Part shown: positions 15,327 through 25,387 of the stretch, piece after piece
Layout: the number at the start of each line of letters is the position of its first letter
Numbering within the stretch: position 1 is the stretch's first letter
Origin: an uncultured bacterium
GTDB lineage: Bacteria; Planctomycetota; GCA-002687715
Length of the DNA stretch: 64,000 nt
Direction: 5' to 3'
Assembly: GCA_902826835.1 (NCBI GenBank)
Contig: CADEGH010000003.1
Coordinates: 266,083 to 330,082 of the forward strand
Notes under the pieces: generated by a model
Databases searched by the model: none
What the model was told of the DNA's origin: nothing
Seen by the model: the letters and a program-made list of their open reading frames with translations, nothing else
Program-made: the position numbers and the translations under genes

Positions 15327-18300
15327 ATGTTCCGGATCCGATCTCGATTCTTCGGTCTTTGGTTGCTCCTCGCCTCCACGCTGCTCGCCCAGGCGGAGCC
15401 GCCGCCGGTCAGGGCGCTGTTCTTGGGCGACCGCGGCCACCATCGACCTGAGCAGAGGTGGCGGGAGAGTCGCGAGTCGTTCTTGGCAGAGGGAGTCGAA
15501 CTCAACTACACCGAGGACCTCGCCGCCCTGACAACGGAGCGGCTCGAGCCCTTCGATGCACTCCTCGTGTACGCCAACCTCGAGTCGCTCCCGGCGGCCG
15601 CGATGGTGGCCGTCCTCGACTTCGTGCGCAGCGGAAAGGGCTTTGTCCCGCTCCACTGCGCATCCGCTTGCTGCCCTTCGGAACCGGCGTGGACGGCCTT
15701 GGTCGGAGGTCAATTCGATCGCCACGGCTTCGGCCTCGTGCGCGCCACCGTGGCCGATCCGAGCCACGCCTGCCTTCGTGGATTCATGCCCTTCGCGTCT
15801 CCGGACGAGACCTACGTCCATCGTGCGCTGACCGAGGACCGACACGTTCTCCAGTGGCGCACCGAAGGAGAGGAGCGCGAGCCGTGGACATGGGTACGCG
15901 CCGATGGGAAGGGACGGGTCTTTTACACCGCCTCGGGCCACGACGAACGCACCTGGTCACATCCGGGCTTCATCGAATTGGTCACTCGCGGGATACGGTG
16001 GGCCGCCGGAGATCGGTTCTCGAAAGTGCCGGCGCCTTACCCGCAGCTCCAATACTTCGAGGCGGAGATCCCGACTTACGGACACCAAGGGGAGGAGCGC
16101 GCGGCCCGCGGCAAGCCGAAAGGGCTTGTCCAGGGCGCACTCTCCGTGGAGGACTCGATGTCCCTCGCGGCCGTTCCCCCCGGGTTCGAACTTCGGTGCT
16201 TCGCGGCGGAGCCGAACATCACCAACCCCACCGCGATGGCCTTCGACGCCCGCGGACGGCTTTGGATCACGGAGACTCTGGACTACCCGAACGAACTCAA
16301 GCCGCAGGGGGAAGGCAGTGACCCCATCAAGATCTGCACCGACCAGGACGGTGACGGAACCGCGGATGGGTTCTCGATCTTCGCCACCGGATTGAGCATC
16401 CCCTCGAGCCTCGTGCTCGTGAAGGGGGGAGTGATCGTGACTGCCCAGCCGGACACCCTCCTTCTCTTAGACCGGGACGGCGATGATCAGGCCGATGAAC
16501 GCCGCGTCCTCTTCACCGGGTGGGGCAAGGGTGACACCCATGCCGGACCCAGCAACTTGCGCTGGGGTCAAGACGGGTGGATTTACGGCACCGTGGGTTA
16601 CTCCGGCTTTCGCGGCCGGGTCGGAACGAAGGAGCATCGATTCGGGTCCGGCGTGTTCCGTTTCCTGCCGGACGGATCGGAACTCGAATTCCTCGGATCG
16701 AGCTCCAACAACACCTGGGGGCTCGGGCTCTCGGAGTCCGGAGAGATCTTCTATTCCACCGCCAACAACGACGTCTTCAATCACGTCGCGATCAAGAACC
16801 GTCTCTTCGAGCGTGTGGATGGTTGGCACGCCCAGGGCACGGCCTTCATTGCCGATTACCGGGAGATGCACCCCGCGACCGAAGATGTGCGGCAGGTGGA
16901 CTGGCACGGGCGTTACACCGCCGCAGCCGGGGCCTCGATTTACACCGCGAGGGCATTCCCACCGAACTACTGGAATCGCATCGCCTTCGTGTGCGAACCG
17001 ACGGGACACCTCATCGGCCAAACGGTCATTGCTCCCGAAGGCAGCGGATTCGTGGCGCGCGACGGTTTCAATCTGTTCGAAAGCCGCGACGCATGGACGT
17101 CGCCGGTGGCCGCCGAAATCGGCCCCGACGGAGCGGTGTGGTTCATCGACTGGTACAGCCCGGTCATCCAACACAACCCCACGCCCCACGGTTTCGAAAC
17201 CGGTCCCGGAGCCGCTTATGTCACGGCGCTGCGCGACCAGGAGCGAGCAAGGATCTATCGCATCGTCCGACGCGGGACGTCCGACCGCGGCGCTCCTGCT
17301 CTCCGCACTCCGGATGATTGGTTGACCACGCTCGAAGACCAGAACCTCCTGTGGAGACAGCACGCCCAACGCTTGATCCTGGAGAATCCAGTTCCGGAAA
17401 TGCTCGGGCGCGTGGCGACGAGACTGACCCTGACCGCGCGGAGTCCGAGCACGGAGGCGTCGGTTCTCGTGAGCTTGATCGCGACGCTCGGCTGTCTCGC
17501 CGAAGGCCGCACCGACGAGATTGCCCCCGTGCTTCTTCCTCTTCTCATGGATGCACGCCCTGAGGTAAGGGTCGCGGCCCTGACCAGGCTGCTCCCAACG
17601 ACCAGCACCCTGCACGCGATTCTCGCGGCCAAGCTCACGCAGGACTCCGATCTTTGGGTGCGCCGCCACGCCTGGCAAGCGCTGAGCGAAGTCCCCGCCG
17701 AGGAGAGACTCGGTGAGCTCGCATGGAAGGCGCTCGGCGACGAGTCCAACGCTCGCGACCGATGGCTCCCGCTCGCCATCACGGCCGCGGCGGTGCAGCA
17801 CGCGGAGGGATTTCTGGTCGGAGCCCTGAGCGAGCCTCGCCCCACCTCGCCGGCGGTGCCGGACTCGCCCAATCTCCTCCCAAATCCGTCCTTTTCCGCG
17901 AGCGTCGATTCACCGGTGCCGGCAGCTCCACCGTGGAGAGTCCGAACCTACGGCGGGCAAGCCACCCACCGTGTGTCCGAGAGCGGGCGCAGCGGCGATA
18001 CATGCTTGGAGATCAGCTCCGAAACCGGTTCCGACACCAGCTACTTCGTGGATGTGAAGGTCGAACCCAAGACCACCTACCGCTTGAGCGGCTGGATCCG
18101 CACGCAAGGCCTGAAGACGAGGGGAGGCGCGCTCGGCGCCCTGCTCAATGTCCATGGGCGAAGCCCGGCCGAGGGCGCGACGACGGTCGCAAACCCGAGC
18201 GAGGAGTGGAATGAAGTCGAACTGACCTTCGCGACCCACCCCGGCGAAACTGAAGTCAGCATCAACTGCCTGTTCGGCGGGTGGGGATTTGCGACCGGCA

Positions 18301-19547
18301 CCGCCTGGTTCGACGACGTGAAGCTCACGAAGATCGGATCCGGCTCGGACGAAGCGGCCCGCGCGGTCGCGCGGGAGCAGGCACTGCGTCTCGCAACCAG
18401 GGCGCTGGCGTCCGCCGGGGTGAGCGCCGCCTGGGCCAATCTCCTGCCACGGCTGTCCGCGGCCGACGAGAGGTTGCGTCACTCGATTCTTGGCGGGCTC
18501 GCGAGCGGCTGGCCGAAAGGCAAGTCGTCGCAATTTTCGGAGGCCGAACGAAATCGGCTGCGGAATTTCGAGTCCACCCTCGACACCTCCGCGCTCTCGG
18601 AGTGGGTAGAAGTCACCCGGGCATGGAGCGACGAGGCATTGATTTCTTCGGCCGTCGCACGCGTTCGCACTGAACTTCAAAGAACACTCTCCGATACCAC
18701 CACTCCGCAGGCAGCGAGACTAAAATCCCTCGGCCGTCTGCTCCGACTGGAAGATTCGGCAGAGAATCGAGCCAAAGTCCGCGCTGAACTTTCGCCCCTT
18801 CTCGAGCCGACGGCGGCGAAGCAGGTCCTCGATCTGCTGGCCAAGTGCCGCGCTGACGAAAATGGACCGGAGCTGGTCGCCCTGTGGCCCGAGCTGACAC
18901 CATCGCTACGACAGCACTTGGCCCCGATATTCCTGAAACGCCCGGCCTGGCAGCAAGCCCTCGCCGAAGCGCTGCTTTCGGGCACTACGACCCGCGCCGA
19001 ACTCGGGACTGAGGTAACCGAGAAGCTGATTTTGTCCCTCCCCGCGGATCTGGCCGATCGCCTCCGGAACGCCGCCACCAACCATGCAGTCGCGAAGGAC
19101 CGGCAGGCCGCGCTCGATCGACTGCTCCCTCTGATCGGAGGACCGGGTGATCCCGCGCGAGGCCGCCAGCTATTCCGCACTCTCTGCTCGTCTTGTCACC
19201 AAAAAGACGGGCTGGGCGCCGCCGTGGCCCCCGCTTTGGATGGGCTTGGATCCAAGGCCCACTCCGACTTGTTGCTTGAAATCGTCGACCCGAACCGCTC
19301 CGTGGAAGCCACCTACCAGCTCTGGTTGGCCTTCACCAAAGAGGGCGAGTCGTTCTCCGGGCGCATGCTCTCGGAGTCGAGGACGACGATCGAACTTCAA
19401 GACTCGGGCGACGTTCGGCACGTGATTCCGCGCGAGGCGATCGACACCCTTCGCGCCACTAACCGTTCCCTCATGCCGGAGGGCTTGATCGATCACTTCA
19501 GCGCCGACGACCTCCGCTCGTTGCTCACCTATCTGACGGGAAAGTGA
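15327..19547 (+). CDS. Secreted multidomain protein: ThuA-like domain, beta-propeller membrane-bound-dehydrogenase-type domain, HEAT repeats, CBM-like module, and C-terminal c-type cytochrome
   Basis: Trimmed to MFRIRSRFFGLWLLLASTLLAQA (signal peptide). ThuA-like segment: ALFLGDRGHH..LLVYAN..FVPLHCAS. Propeller segment: ITNPTAMAFDARGRLWITE. C-terminal heme motif: CSSCHQKDG. Confidence 0.7.
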   Translation: MFRIRSRFFGLWLLLASTLLAQAEPPPVRALFLGDRGHHRPEQRWRESRESFLAEGVELNYTEDLAALTTERLEPFDALLVYANLESLPAAAMVAVLDFVRSGKGFVPLHCASACCPSEPAWTALVGGQFDRHGFGLVRATVADPSHACLRGFMPFASPDETYVHRALTEDRHVLQWRTEGEEREPWTWVRADGKGRVFYTASGHDERTWSHPGFIELVTRGIRWAAGDRFSKVPAPYPQLQYFEAEIPTYGHQGEERAARGKPKGLVQGALSVEDSMSLAAVPPGFELRCFAAEPNITNPTAMAFDARGRLWITETLDYPNELKPQGEGSDPIKICTDQDGDGTADGFSIFATGLSIPSSLVLVKGGVIVTAQPDTLLLLDRDGDDQADERRVLFTGWGKGDTHAGPSNLRWGQDGWIYGTVGYSGFRGRVGTKEHRFGSGVFRFLPDGSELEFLGSSSNNTWGLGLSESGEIFYSTANNDVFNHVAIKNRLFERVDGWHAQGTAFIADYREMHPATEDVRQVDWHGRYTAAAGASIYTARAFPPNYWNRIAFVCEPTGHLIGQTVIAPEGSGFVARDGFNLFESRDAWTSPVAAEIGPDGAVWFIDWYSPVIQHNPTPHGFETGPGAAYVTALRDQERARIYRIVRRGTSDRGAPALRTPDDWLTTLEDQNLLWRQHAQRLILENPVPEMLGRVATRLTLTARSPSTEASVLVSLIATLGCLAEGRTDEIAPVLLPLLMDARPEVRVAALTRLLPTTSTLHAILAAKLTQDSDLWVRRHAWQALSEVPAEERLGELAWKALGDESNARDRWLPLAITAAAVQHAEGFLVGALSEPRPTSPAVPDSPNLLPNPSFSASVDSPVPAAPPWRVRTYGGQATHRVSESGRSGDTCLEISSETGSDTSYFVDVKVEPKTTYRLSGWIRTQGLKTRGGALGALLNVHGRSPAEGATTVANPSEEWNEVELTFATHPGETEVSINCLFGGWGFATGTAWFDDVKLTKIGSGSDEAARAVAREQALRLATRALASAGVSAAWANLLPRLSAADERLRHSILGGLASGWPKGKSSQFSEAERNRLRNFESTLDTSALSEWVEVTRAWSDEALISSAVARVRTELQRTLSDTTTPQAARLKSLGRLLRLEDSAENRAKVRAELSPLLEPTAAKQVLDLLAKCRADENGPELVALWPELTPSLRQHLAPIFLKRPAWQQALAEALLSGTTTRAELGTEVTEKLILSLPADLADRLRNAATNHAVAKDRQAALDRLLPLIGGPGDPARGRQLFRTLCSSCHQKDGLGAAVAPALDGLGSKAHSDLLLEIVDPNRSVEATYQLWLAFTKEGESFSGRMLSESRTTIELQDSGDVRHVIPREAIDTLRATNRSLMPEGLIDHFSADDLRSLLTYLTGK

Positions 19548-19576
19548 TGCGCGCAGCGAGTGTCGCCGACACGCGC

Positions 19577-20470
19577 TCAATTTCGCTTCGCCGGCCTTGA
19601 GCGGGCGATCCGTGCCCGCTTCGCAGGTCGCAAAGAACCTTGAACGAACGCGAAGGCGTCGGCGGCGAGTCCCACTTCGGAGCCGAACATCGGACGCCAA
19701 ATCTTGGTCGCCGCCGCTAAGGCCGGGAGGCCTTGGCCAAACGCTTCGATCGACAGCGCACCCTGATAGTCGACCCGCGCTAGCGCCGCGAAGACCCGCT
19801 CCCACGGCACTCCCCCGGCTCCCGGCGTGCTCCGGTCGTTTTCCGAAAGCTGGACACTGACGAGGAGATCGTGGTGGCGAACAATCGCCGCTTCGATGTC
19901 CTTCTCTTCAATGTTGGCGTGGAAAGTATCGAATGCGAGGCGCAGGCGAGGATGATCGACCGCGCGCACGAGGCGGGCCGCGTCCTCCGCACAGTTCACG
20001 AGATAAACTTCGAAGCGATTCAGGTACTCGAGCGCCAGTCCGACTCCGGCCGAATCGGCGTGCTCGGCCGCGGCGCGCAAGCCGCTCACCGCATACTCCC
20101 ACTCTCGCCTCGTCGGAGGTTTGCCGCTGAACACGCCGAGCCCCGCGAAGAGCGGGCCCGCAAGAAGCGTCCCGCCGAGCGCCGCCGTTGCGTCGATGGC
20201 TCGTCGCAAGTGATCGACTCCCCGCTCGCGAGTCGGCTTCGAGTCACTGATCAGGTGTTGGTCGGGCAGGAGTGCAGTGACCCCGGACGCTGCGAGGCCA
20301 AGACCGTCCAAAGTGCGCCTAAGCCCGCGATACCGACGCTCGCCGGTCTTGAAGATGGGGACGTCGACGCGCGTATACCCGATTCGCTTCAGTTGCCGCA
20401 GGATCGGAATCCAACGCTTGCCCACCGCGTCATCCGTCCACAGCAACAAACACATTCCGAGTTCGATCAT
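19577..20470 (-). CDS. Sugar phosphate isomerase/epimerase (xylose-isomerase-like TIM barrel)
   Basis: 297 aa. ..LAFDTFHANIEEKD..VQLSENDRSTPGAG.. is the pattern of the AP_endonuc_2 family. Confidence 0.7.
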   Translation of the reverse strand: MIELGMCLLLWTDDAVGKRWIPILRQLKRIGYTRVDVPIFKTGERRYRGLRRTLDGLGLAASGVTALLPDQHLISDSKPTRERGVDHLRRAIDATAALGGTLLAGPLFAGLGVFSGKPPTRREWEYAVSGLRAAAEHADSAGVGLALEYLNRFEVYLVNCAEDAARLVRAVDHPRLRLAFDTFHANIEEKDIEAAIVRHHDLLVSVQLSENDRSTPGAGGVPWERVFAALARVDYQGALSIEAFGQGLPALAAATKIWRPMFGSEVGLAADAFAFVQGSLRPAKRARIARSRPAKRN

Positions 20471-20499
20471 GGCGCCGCGAGCATATCCGCCCCCCCGCG

Positions 20500-20520
20500 A
20501 ACGCGGATCACCAGATCCGC
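20500..20520. repeat. 21-nt hairpin-forming element, copy A (AACGCGGATCACCAGATCCGC)
   Basis: It contains the palindrome GCGGATC-N4-GATCCGC. Its reverse complement matches copy B at 20/21 positions. Confidence 0.6.
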
Positions 20521-20684
20521 CTGCGACCCGAGCCGGTAGTCCAGGGCACCATCACGAAGCGCCACCGACGGCCTGATGACCTCGTCTCCGCTTCCGACTC
20601 TTCTCTTGGAAGGAAAAAGAGCCCCTTTGGCTTGCAGCGAAACTTCCGTTCCTGAGCTTCGCCCCGCCCCCCAGTCGGCAGCGT

Positions 20685-20705
20685 GCGGATCTGGCGATCC
20701 GCGTT
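20685..20705. repeat. 21-nt hairpin-forming element, copy B (GCGGATCTGGCGATCCGCGTT), inverted relative to copy A
   Basis: Same 7-bp stem. The two copies bracket about 164 bp of the isomerase/ADH divergent intergenic region. Confidence 0.6.
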
Positions 20706-20810
20706 TCCACCGACCCACGGTCCTTCACCCCGGGGCCTCCCCCCTTCCCACGCGATCAACCACCTATCCACTCTTGACGCTCCCCACCCGAGGTCCGACC
20801 ATAGACCACT

Positions 20811-21863
20811 ATGAACTCCGCCAAGGCCTACGCTGCCCAGAGTCCGACCTCGCCCCTCACGCCGCTCACGATCCCGCGCCGCGCCCCCACCGAAAGCGAC
20901 GTCCAGATCGAGATCCTCTACTGCGGGATCTGCCATTCCGACGTGCACTCCGCCCGCAACGAGTGGAGTGCGTTCATGGCCACGAGCTACCCCATCGTGC
21001 CCGGCCACGAAATCGTGGGCCGCGTGACCCACGTCGGCAGCGCCGTAAAGGGGTACCGCGTCGGTGATCTCGCCGCCGTCGGCTGCCTCGTCGACTCGGA
21101 CCGCACCTGCACCCACTGCCAGGCCGGGAACGAGCAGTTCTGTCCCAACATGGTGTTCACCTTCAATGCTCCGGATTCCCACCTCGGAGGCATGACTTAT
21201 GGTGGTTACTCGCAGAGCATCGTCGTCGATCAGCGATTTGTCCTCCGAGTCCCCCAGAACCTCAGCCTTGCCGGCGTGGCTCCGCTGCTCTGTGCCGGCA
21301 TCACCACCTACTCCCCGCTGCGTCACCACAAAGTTGGCAAGGGCCAGCGCGTTGGCATCGTCGGACTCGGTGGACTCGGCCACATGGGTGTGAAATTCGC
21401 CCACGCCTTCGGCGCCCACGTCACCGTCATCACCACCTCCGCACGAAAAAAGGAGGATGCGCACCGACTGGGAGCCGATGCCGTCATCCTCTCCAGCCAA
21501 CCGGACGAAATGGCTCGACACGCGGGCACCTTCGATTTCCTCCTCGACACCGTCTCGGCCGACCACGACATCAACGCCCTCCTCGGCCTCCTGAAGCCCG
21601 ACGGCCACCTCACGCTCGTGGGAGCGCCCGCCAAACCGCTCGAAGTCGCCTCCTTCAGTCTCCTCATGGGGCGCCGCACCCTTTCGGGTTCGATCATCGG
21701 CGGACTGCCGGAAACCCAGGAGATGCTCGACTTCTGCGGGCAGCACGGGATCACCGCGGACGTCGAGGTGGTTCCCATCCAATCCGTCAACGAAGCCTAC
21801 GAACGGCTGCTGCGCGCCGACGTGAAGTACCGCTTTGTGATCGACCTGTCCACGCTCCGTTAG
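20811..21863 (+). CDS. Zn-dependent NAD(P)-alcohol dehydrogenase (YahK / cinnamyl-ADH type)
   Basis: 350 aa. CGICHSDVH, GHEIVGRV, and GLGGLGHMGVKFA. Confidence 0.88.
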   Translation: MNSAKAYAAQSPTSPLTPLTIPRRAPTESDVQIEILYCGICHSDVHSARNEWSAFMATSYPIVPGHEIVGRVTHVGSAVKGYRVGDLAAVGCLVDSDRTCTHCQAGNEQFCPNMVFTFNAPDSHLGGMTYGGYSQSIVVDQRFVLRVPQNLSLAGVAPLLCAGITTYSPLRHHKVGKGQRVGIVGLGGLGHMGVKFAHAFGAHVTVITTSARKKEDAHRLGADAVILSSQPDEMARHAGTFDFLLDTVSADHDINALLGLLKPDGHLTLVGAPAKPLEVASFSLLMGRRTLSGSIIGGLPETQEMLDFCGQHGITADVEVVPIQSVNEAYERLLRADVKYRFVIDLSTLR

Positions 21864-22020
21864 TGAAGGGTGGAGAGTCATGGCCGCATGAGGAGTAGTC
21901 GAACCCGCCAGGAACTAGCCCTGAAACTCCTCGCAAATGGCCGCTGATTCGAGATCCAGCGCGACGAGACCCCCCGACCGCAATTCGCGGAAGCGCGGCT
22001 GTTAGTCTCACCCGCCGTCG

Positions 22021-24447
22021 GTGCGCCCGTGTGGAAATGCCCGATTGGCCATCGAGAGGATGCCGCTCATGGAGTCGACACCGATAGACGGGGCGTTGAC
22101 GCCGCCCGCTTCGACCCGGGAGCGTAGTGGCGCAGCCTGCGGCCCAGGTCGAGCTTGGGCGGCCGCCCTCGGCATGGCGACCGTGGCGTGGTTCGGAAAT
22201 GCCTGGACTCGCGATCTAGGATTCTATGCCGACGATTACGCCCAAATCGCAATGGCCCGTCCGCTCTTGGAGCGGGACCTCGGCATGTCGGACCGCCAAC
22301 ACGAGCACCACCTAGGGGTGCCCGAGACCTTTTTTCGCCCCGCATTATGGGCCTGGTTCGTCCTACTTCGGCAGATCCAAGGGACACCCAGTCCGTCATC
22401 CCCCTCGGACCTGAATGCCACTCCCAAAGGTGCGGACCAGTTCTACGCCGTGGTCTCGCCTCGGCTATTCCACGATGCCAGCCTGCTCGTGCACACCCTG
22501 GTCGTGATGCTCCTGACCTATTCTCTCGCGCGGAACTTGGGCCTCGGTCCGAGTCTGCTCGGGGGGATCATCGCCAGTTTTTGGCCTGGCGGCAGCCAGG
22601 CAGTGAGTTGGATTGCCGCCAGCTACGTGTTGCTCATCGCCGCCTTGGGGCTCATCGCCGTCCTTTTGTCCCTCGGCGCTCGCGGTTGGCCGCGGAGCTT
22701 GCTCGCAGGCGTGATCGCCTCCAGCACTCTGCTGCTGCACGAGGCCGGCGCCATCGTAATCATGATCTGCCTCGGGATCGGACTCCATCATCTGTTCCGG
22801 CGGCGCTCCCGAGCGGCCATTGGCCTCACCGTGGGGCTGATTCTCGGAGTCCTCGCGGTGGTGGTCCTGCGAGGCTACGCCAAATCCGAAGTACCCGGCT
22901 ATTACTTGGGTGGAGTTGGTCTCGAAGCCGCTGTCCGATCCGACCGCATCGACCCCCTCTGCCGCGCGGCGGGATTGGCTCAGGATCCGGGATTGCAGAA
23001 TAGCCAAGCCATCGGGCACCTCCCGGAGAGGATCCAATCGATCCTCATGGACACGGGACACCGCCGGCAGATCCGAGGCGTCGTAGGCTTGGTCATTCTC
23101 GGGGCCGCACTGCTCATTGCGTTCCGACGCGCCGCTGGCCATGTTCTCGTCGGCACCCTGACCCTCGTCATCACCGTCCTTCCGGCCAGCCTCGTCTTGG
23201 TCCAGGAGAATGGCGGAACGGAGCGATTTTTCTACTGGGCTCGTCTCCCCCTGGCGCTTCTCGCGGCCTCCCTCCTCGCCATTTTCGTCGCAGGACGACG
23301 CCACGAGACAAGACGCATCCGGAGGCTCAGCCGACTCGGGCTGATTCTCTTGGTCGGATGGACGGTTAGCGCCGTGCCGAGCCTCTGGCTGTGGATCATC
23401 ACCCAGCGGGACGCGGATGCCGCCGCACGGAGTAGCCTGGCCAATCTCGATCGGGTGACGGACGACCTTGCCGCGGAAGCCGAAGTCTTGGTCGCGGAGT
23501 TTCCGCGCGAGCGCAGTGGCTTGCCCCTCATTGGCAACTTCCTGGGTTTCGCGGCGAACCCTCCCTTTCGCAAGCACGCCCGCCGATTTCACTTGGTCAA
23601 TTCTGTCGACGAGGCATCGGCAATTGCCAGCGGACCTCTCGGGGTCGCCCCGCTCCAGATCGTCAACTGTCGGTACTCGGAGCCACAACTTTGGGGGCCT
23701 CTTCTGCCGGGTATCCCGTCCGCCTATCCCAAGCTCTTCCTCTCTTCGATTTCGAGCCACGCGCAAACCTACGATGTCGAACCACCCGTGGCGACTCGCT
23801 TCGTGCGGTCAATCGCAATCGACCTTCCGAGGGGGCCCGAAGATCGGGTGTCGGTGATCGTCGAGACAACCGGGCAGGAGATACGGCTCGAAGCGCACGC
23901 GCCAGCTCGCAATGAGGAGCGCAGGGTCACTCTCTGCTTCCCCGAGACCGAGGAGTGGCTGTTCGTGCCCATGCTCGATCGTCTCCGGGTGGAGAGCACC
24001 ACGAAGACTCGACCGCTTCGGGCACCCACTCTCTCGGAAAAGTCCCCGGAGTTGGAGGTGGACTTCCGGGTGGACGGCGAGGGTCGCGACACCACGCTCA
24101 CGGTCTTTGGTCAGCACCCGGGTACCCCGGGAGTCTTGCGCCTTTGGTGGTGGGCCCGGCGCTCCAACCTCGAGACGGTCCCCTCCCTATACGTGTTCCC
24201 AATTCCCGCGGCCACTGATGAAGTCGATGTCAGGTGGACCTGGCGCCTGGAGGAAAACCAGGAGGCCAGCCACGAATTTCAAGGCCTCCCGCTCCGCTGG
24301 CTCCGCTGGAAGAACGACATCCTGGCCCGCGAAGGCATCCGGTCCATTCGCGTGGAATTCTTGGTTGAGCTTTGGAACATCGACAGCACCTGCATGCTTC
24401 AGCGTTCGAAGCGACTTGGATTCGACTGGAAGATCACGCCTCCCTGA
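22021..24447 (+). CDS. Polytopic membrane protein (about 12 TM) with a large C-terminal soluble domain; possibly a GT-C-fold glycosyltransferase. Start uncertain.
   Basis: TM-rich first 470 aa or so, with an early loop FYADDYAQI (DD motif as in GT-C enzymes). No recognisable catalytic signature otherwise. Confidence 0.35.
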   Translation: MRPCGNARLAIERMPLMESTPIDGALTPPASTRERSGAACGPGRAWAAALGMATVAWFGNAWTRDLGFYADDYAQIAMARPLLERDLGMSDRQHEHHLGVPETFFRPALWAWFVLLRQIQGTPSPSSPSDLNATPKGADQFYAVVSPRLFHDASLLVHTLVVMLLTYSLARNLGLGPSLLGGIIASFWPGGSQAVSWIAASYVLLIAALGLIAVLLSLGARGWPRSLLAGVIASSTLLLHEAGAIVIMICLGIGLHHLFRRRSRAAIGLTVGLILGVLAVVVLRGYAKSEVPGYYLGGVGLEAAVRSDRIDPLCRAAGLAQDPGLQNSQAIGHLPERIQSILMDTGHRRQIRGVVGLVILGAALLIAFRRAAGHVLVGTLTLVITVLPASLVLVQENGGTERFFYWARLPLALLAASLLAIFVAGRRHETRRIRRLSRLGLILLVGWTVSAVPSLWLWIITQRDADAAARSSLANLDRVTDDLAAEAEVLVAEFPRERSGLPLIGNFLGFAANPPFRKHARRFHLVNSVDEASAIASGPLGVAPLQIVNCRYSEPQLWGPLLPGIPSAYPKLFLSSISSHAQTYDVEPPVATRFVRSIAIDLPRGPEDRVSVIVETTGQEIRLEAHAPARNEERRVTLCFPETEEWLFVPMLDRLRVESTTKTRPLRAPTLSEKSPELEVDFRVDGEGRDTTLTVFGQHPGTPGVLRLWWWARRSNLETVPSLYVFPIPAATDEVDVRWTWRLEENQEASHEFQGLPLRWLRWKNDILAREGIRSIRVEFLVELWNIDSTCMLQRSKRLGFDWKITPP

Positions 24448-24484
24448 GCCAGGGCGGCGCTACACTCCGCCCGCGGAGAATCCG

Positions 24485-25387
24485 ATGCCGAAGGCCAAAC
24501 CGCGATCCACCGGGATCGCACCCTCGACGCGACCGTCGAAAAAACCCGCCGCGAACGCGAGCGGATCCAAAAGCGATCGCCGGTACGCCCCCCACCCCGC
24601 GTTGAAGATGCTCGCGAGCTTCGAGTCGAAGCTCCTCGAACGAACCGGCAAGAGCAGCGAGGAGTGGATTGGTATTGCCGCGAAGCGGGGTCCCAAAGAG
24701 GAAAAGACCCTCGCCGCCTGGTTCGCCACCGAACACGGTTTCACTACCAACTACGCCGCATGGATGGCGGGCAAGACGCTCGGAGGCCCCGCATTCGACG
24801 CCTACGATCCGGAGTCCTTCGTCGAAAATCTGTTTCGCGGAAAACACGCGGGCCTTCGGCCCCTCTACGAGTCGGTCGTCGACTTTGCGCTCGAGCTCGG
24901 GGACGATTCCAAAGCCTGCCCCTGCCAGACCATGGTTCCGCTGTACCGGAAACACGTCTACGCGGAGATCCGCCCGACCTCGGGCGCCCTCGTGATCGAC
25001 CTCGTGCTCGAGGGTTATCCACCCACCCGAAGACTGCTCGCGGCCCAGAAGAGCCGCGCGGTGGGCAATCGGGTGACTCACCAGGTCCGCATCACGAACC
25101 GCCATGAGTTCGACGCGGAATTGAAGGCCTGGCTGCGAGCGGCTTACGAAGCATCGAACAAGAAGCGAACGCGCACCCCGACAAAGGCCAATCTCGAGCT
25201 TCCCGCCGATCTTTCGAGCGCCCTCGCCAATTCCAAGGCTGCGCGCGCGACCTACGACACTTGCACGCCCCGCATGCAAGCCGACTGGATCGCGTGGATC
25301 GAACAAGCCGCGAAGGCGGAGACGCGCACACGGAGAATTGCGACGACCATCGAAAAGCTGGCGGCTGGCAAGAAGAAGGCCTACTGA
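24485..25387 (+). CDS. DUF4287 / DUF5655 / YdeI-like domain protein
   Basis: Trimmed to the ATG at 24485. FESKLLERTGKSSEEWIGIA..WFATEHGFTTNYAAWMA is DUF4287-like. The C-terminal segment PRMQADWIAWIEQAAKAETRTRRI is YdeI-like. Confidence 0.6.
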   Translation: MPKAKPRSTGIAPSTRPSKKPAANASGSKSDRRYAPHPALKMLASFESKLLERTGKSSEEWIGIAAKRGPKEEKTLAAWFATEHGFTTNYAAWMAGKTLGGPAFDAYDPESFVENLFRGKHAGLRPLYESVVDFALELGDDSKACPCQTMVPLYRKHVYAEIRPTSGALVIDLVLEGYPPTRRLLAAQKSRAVGNRVTHQVRITNRHEFDAELKAWLRAAYEASNKKRTRTPTKANLELPADLSSALANSKAARATYDTCTPRMQADWIAWIEQAAKAETRTRRIATTIEKLAAGKKKAY

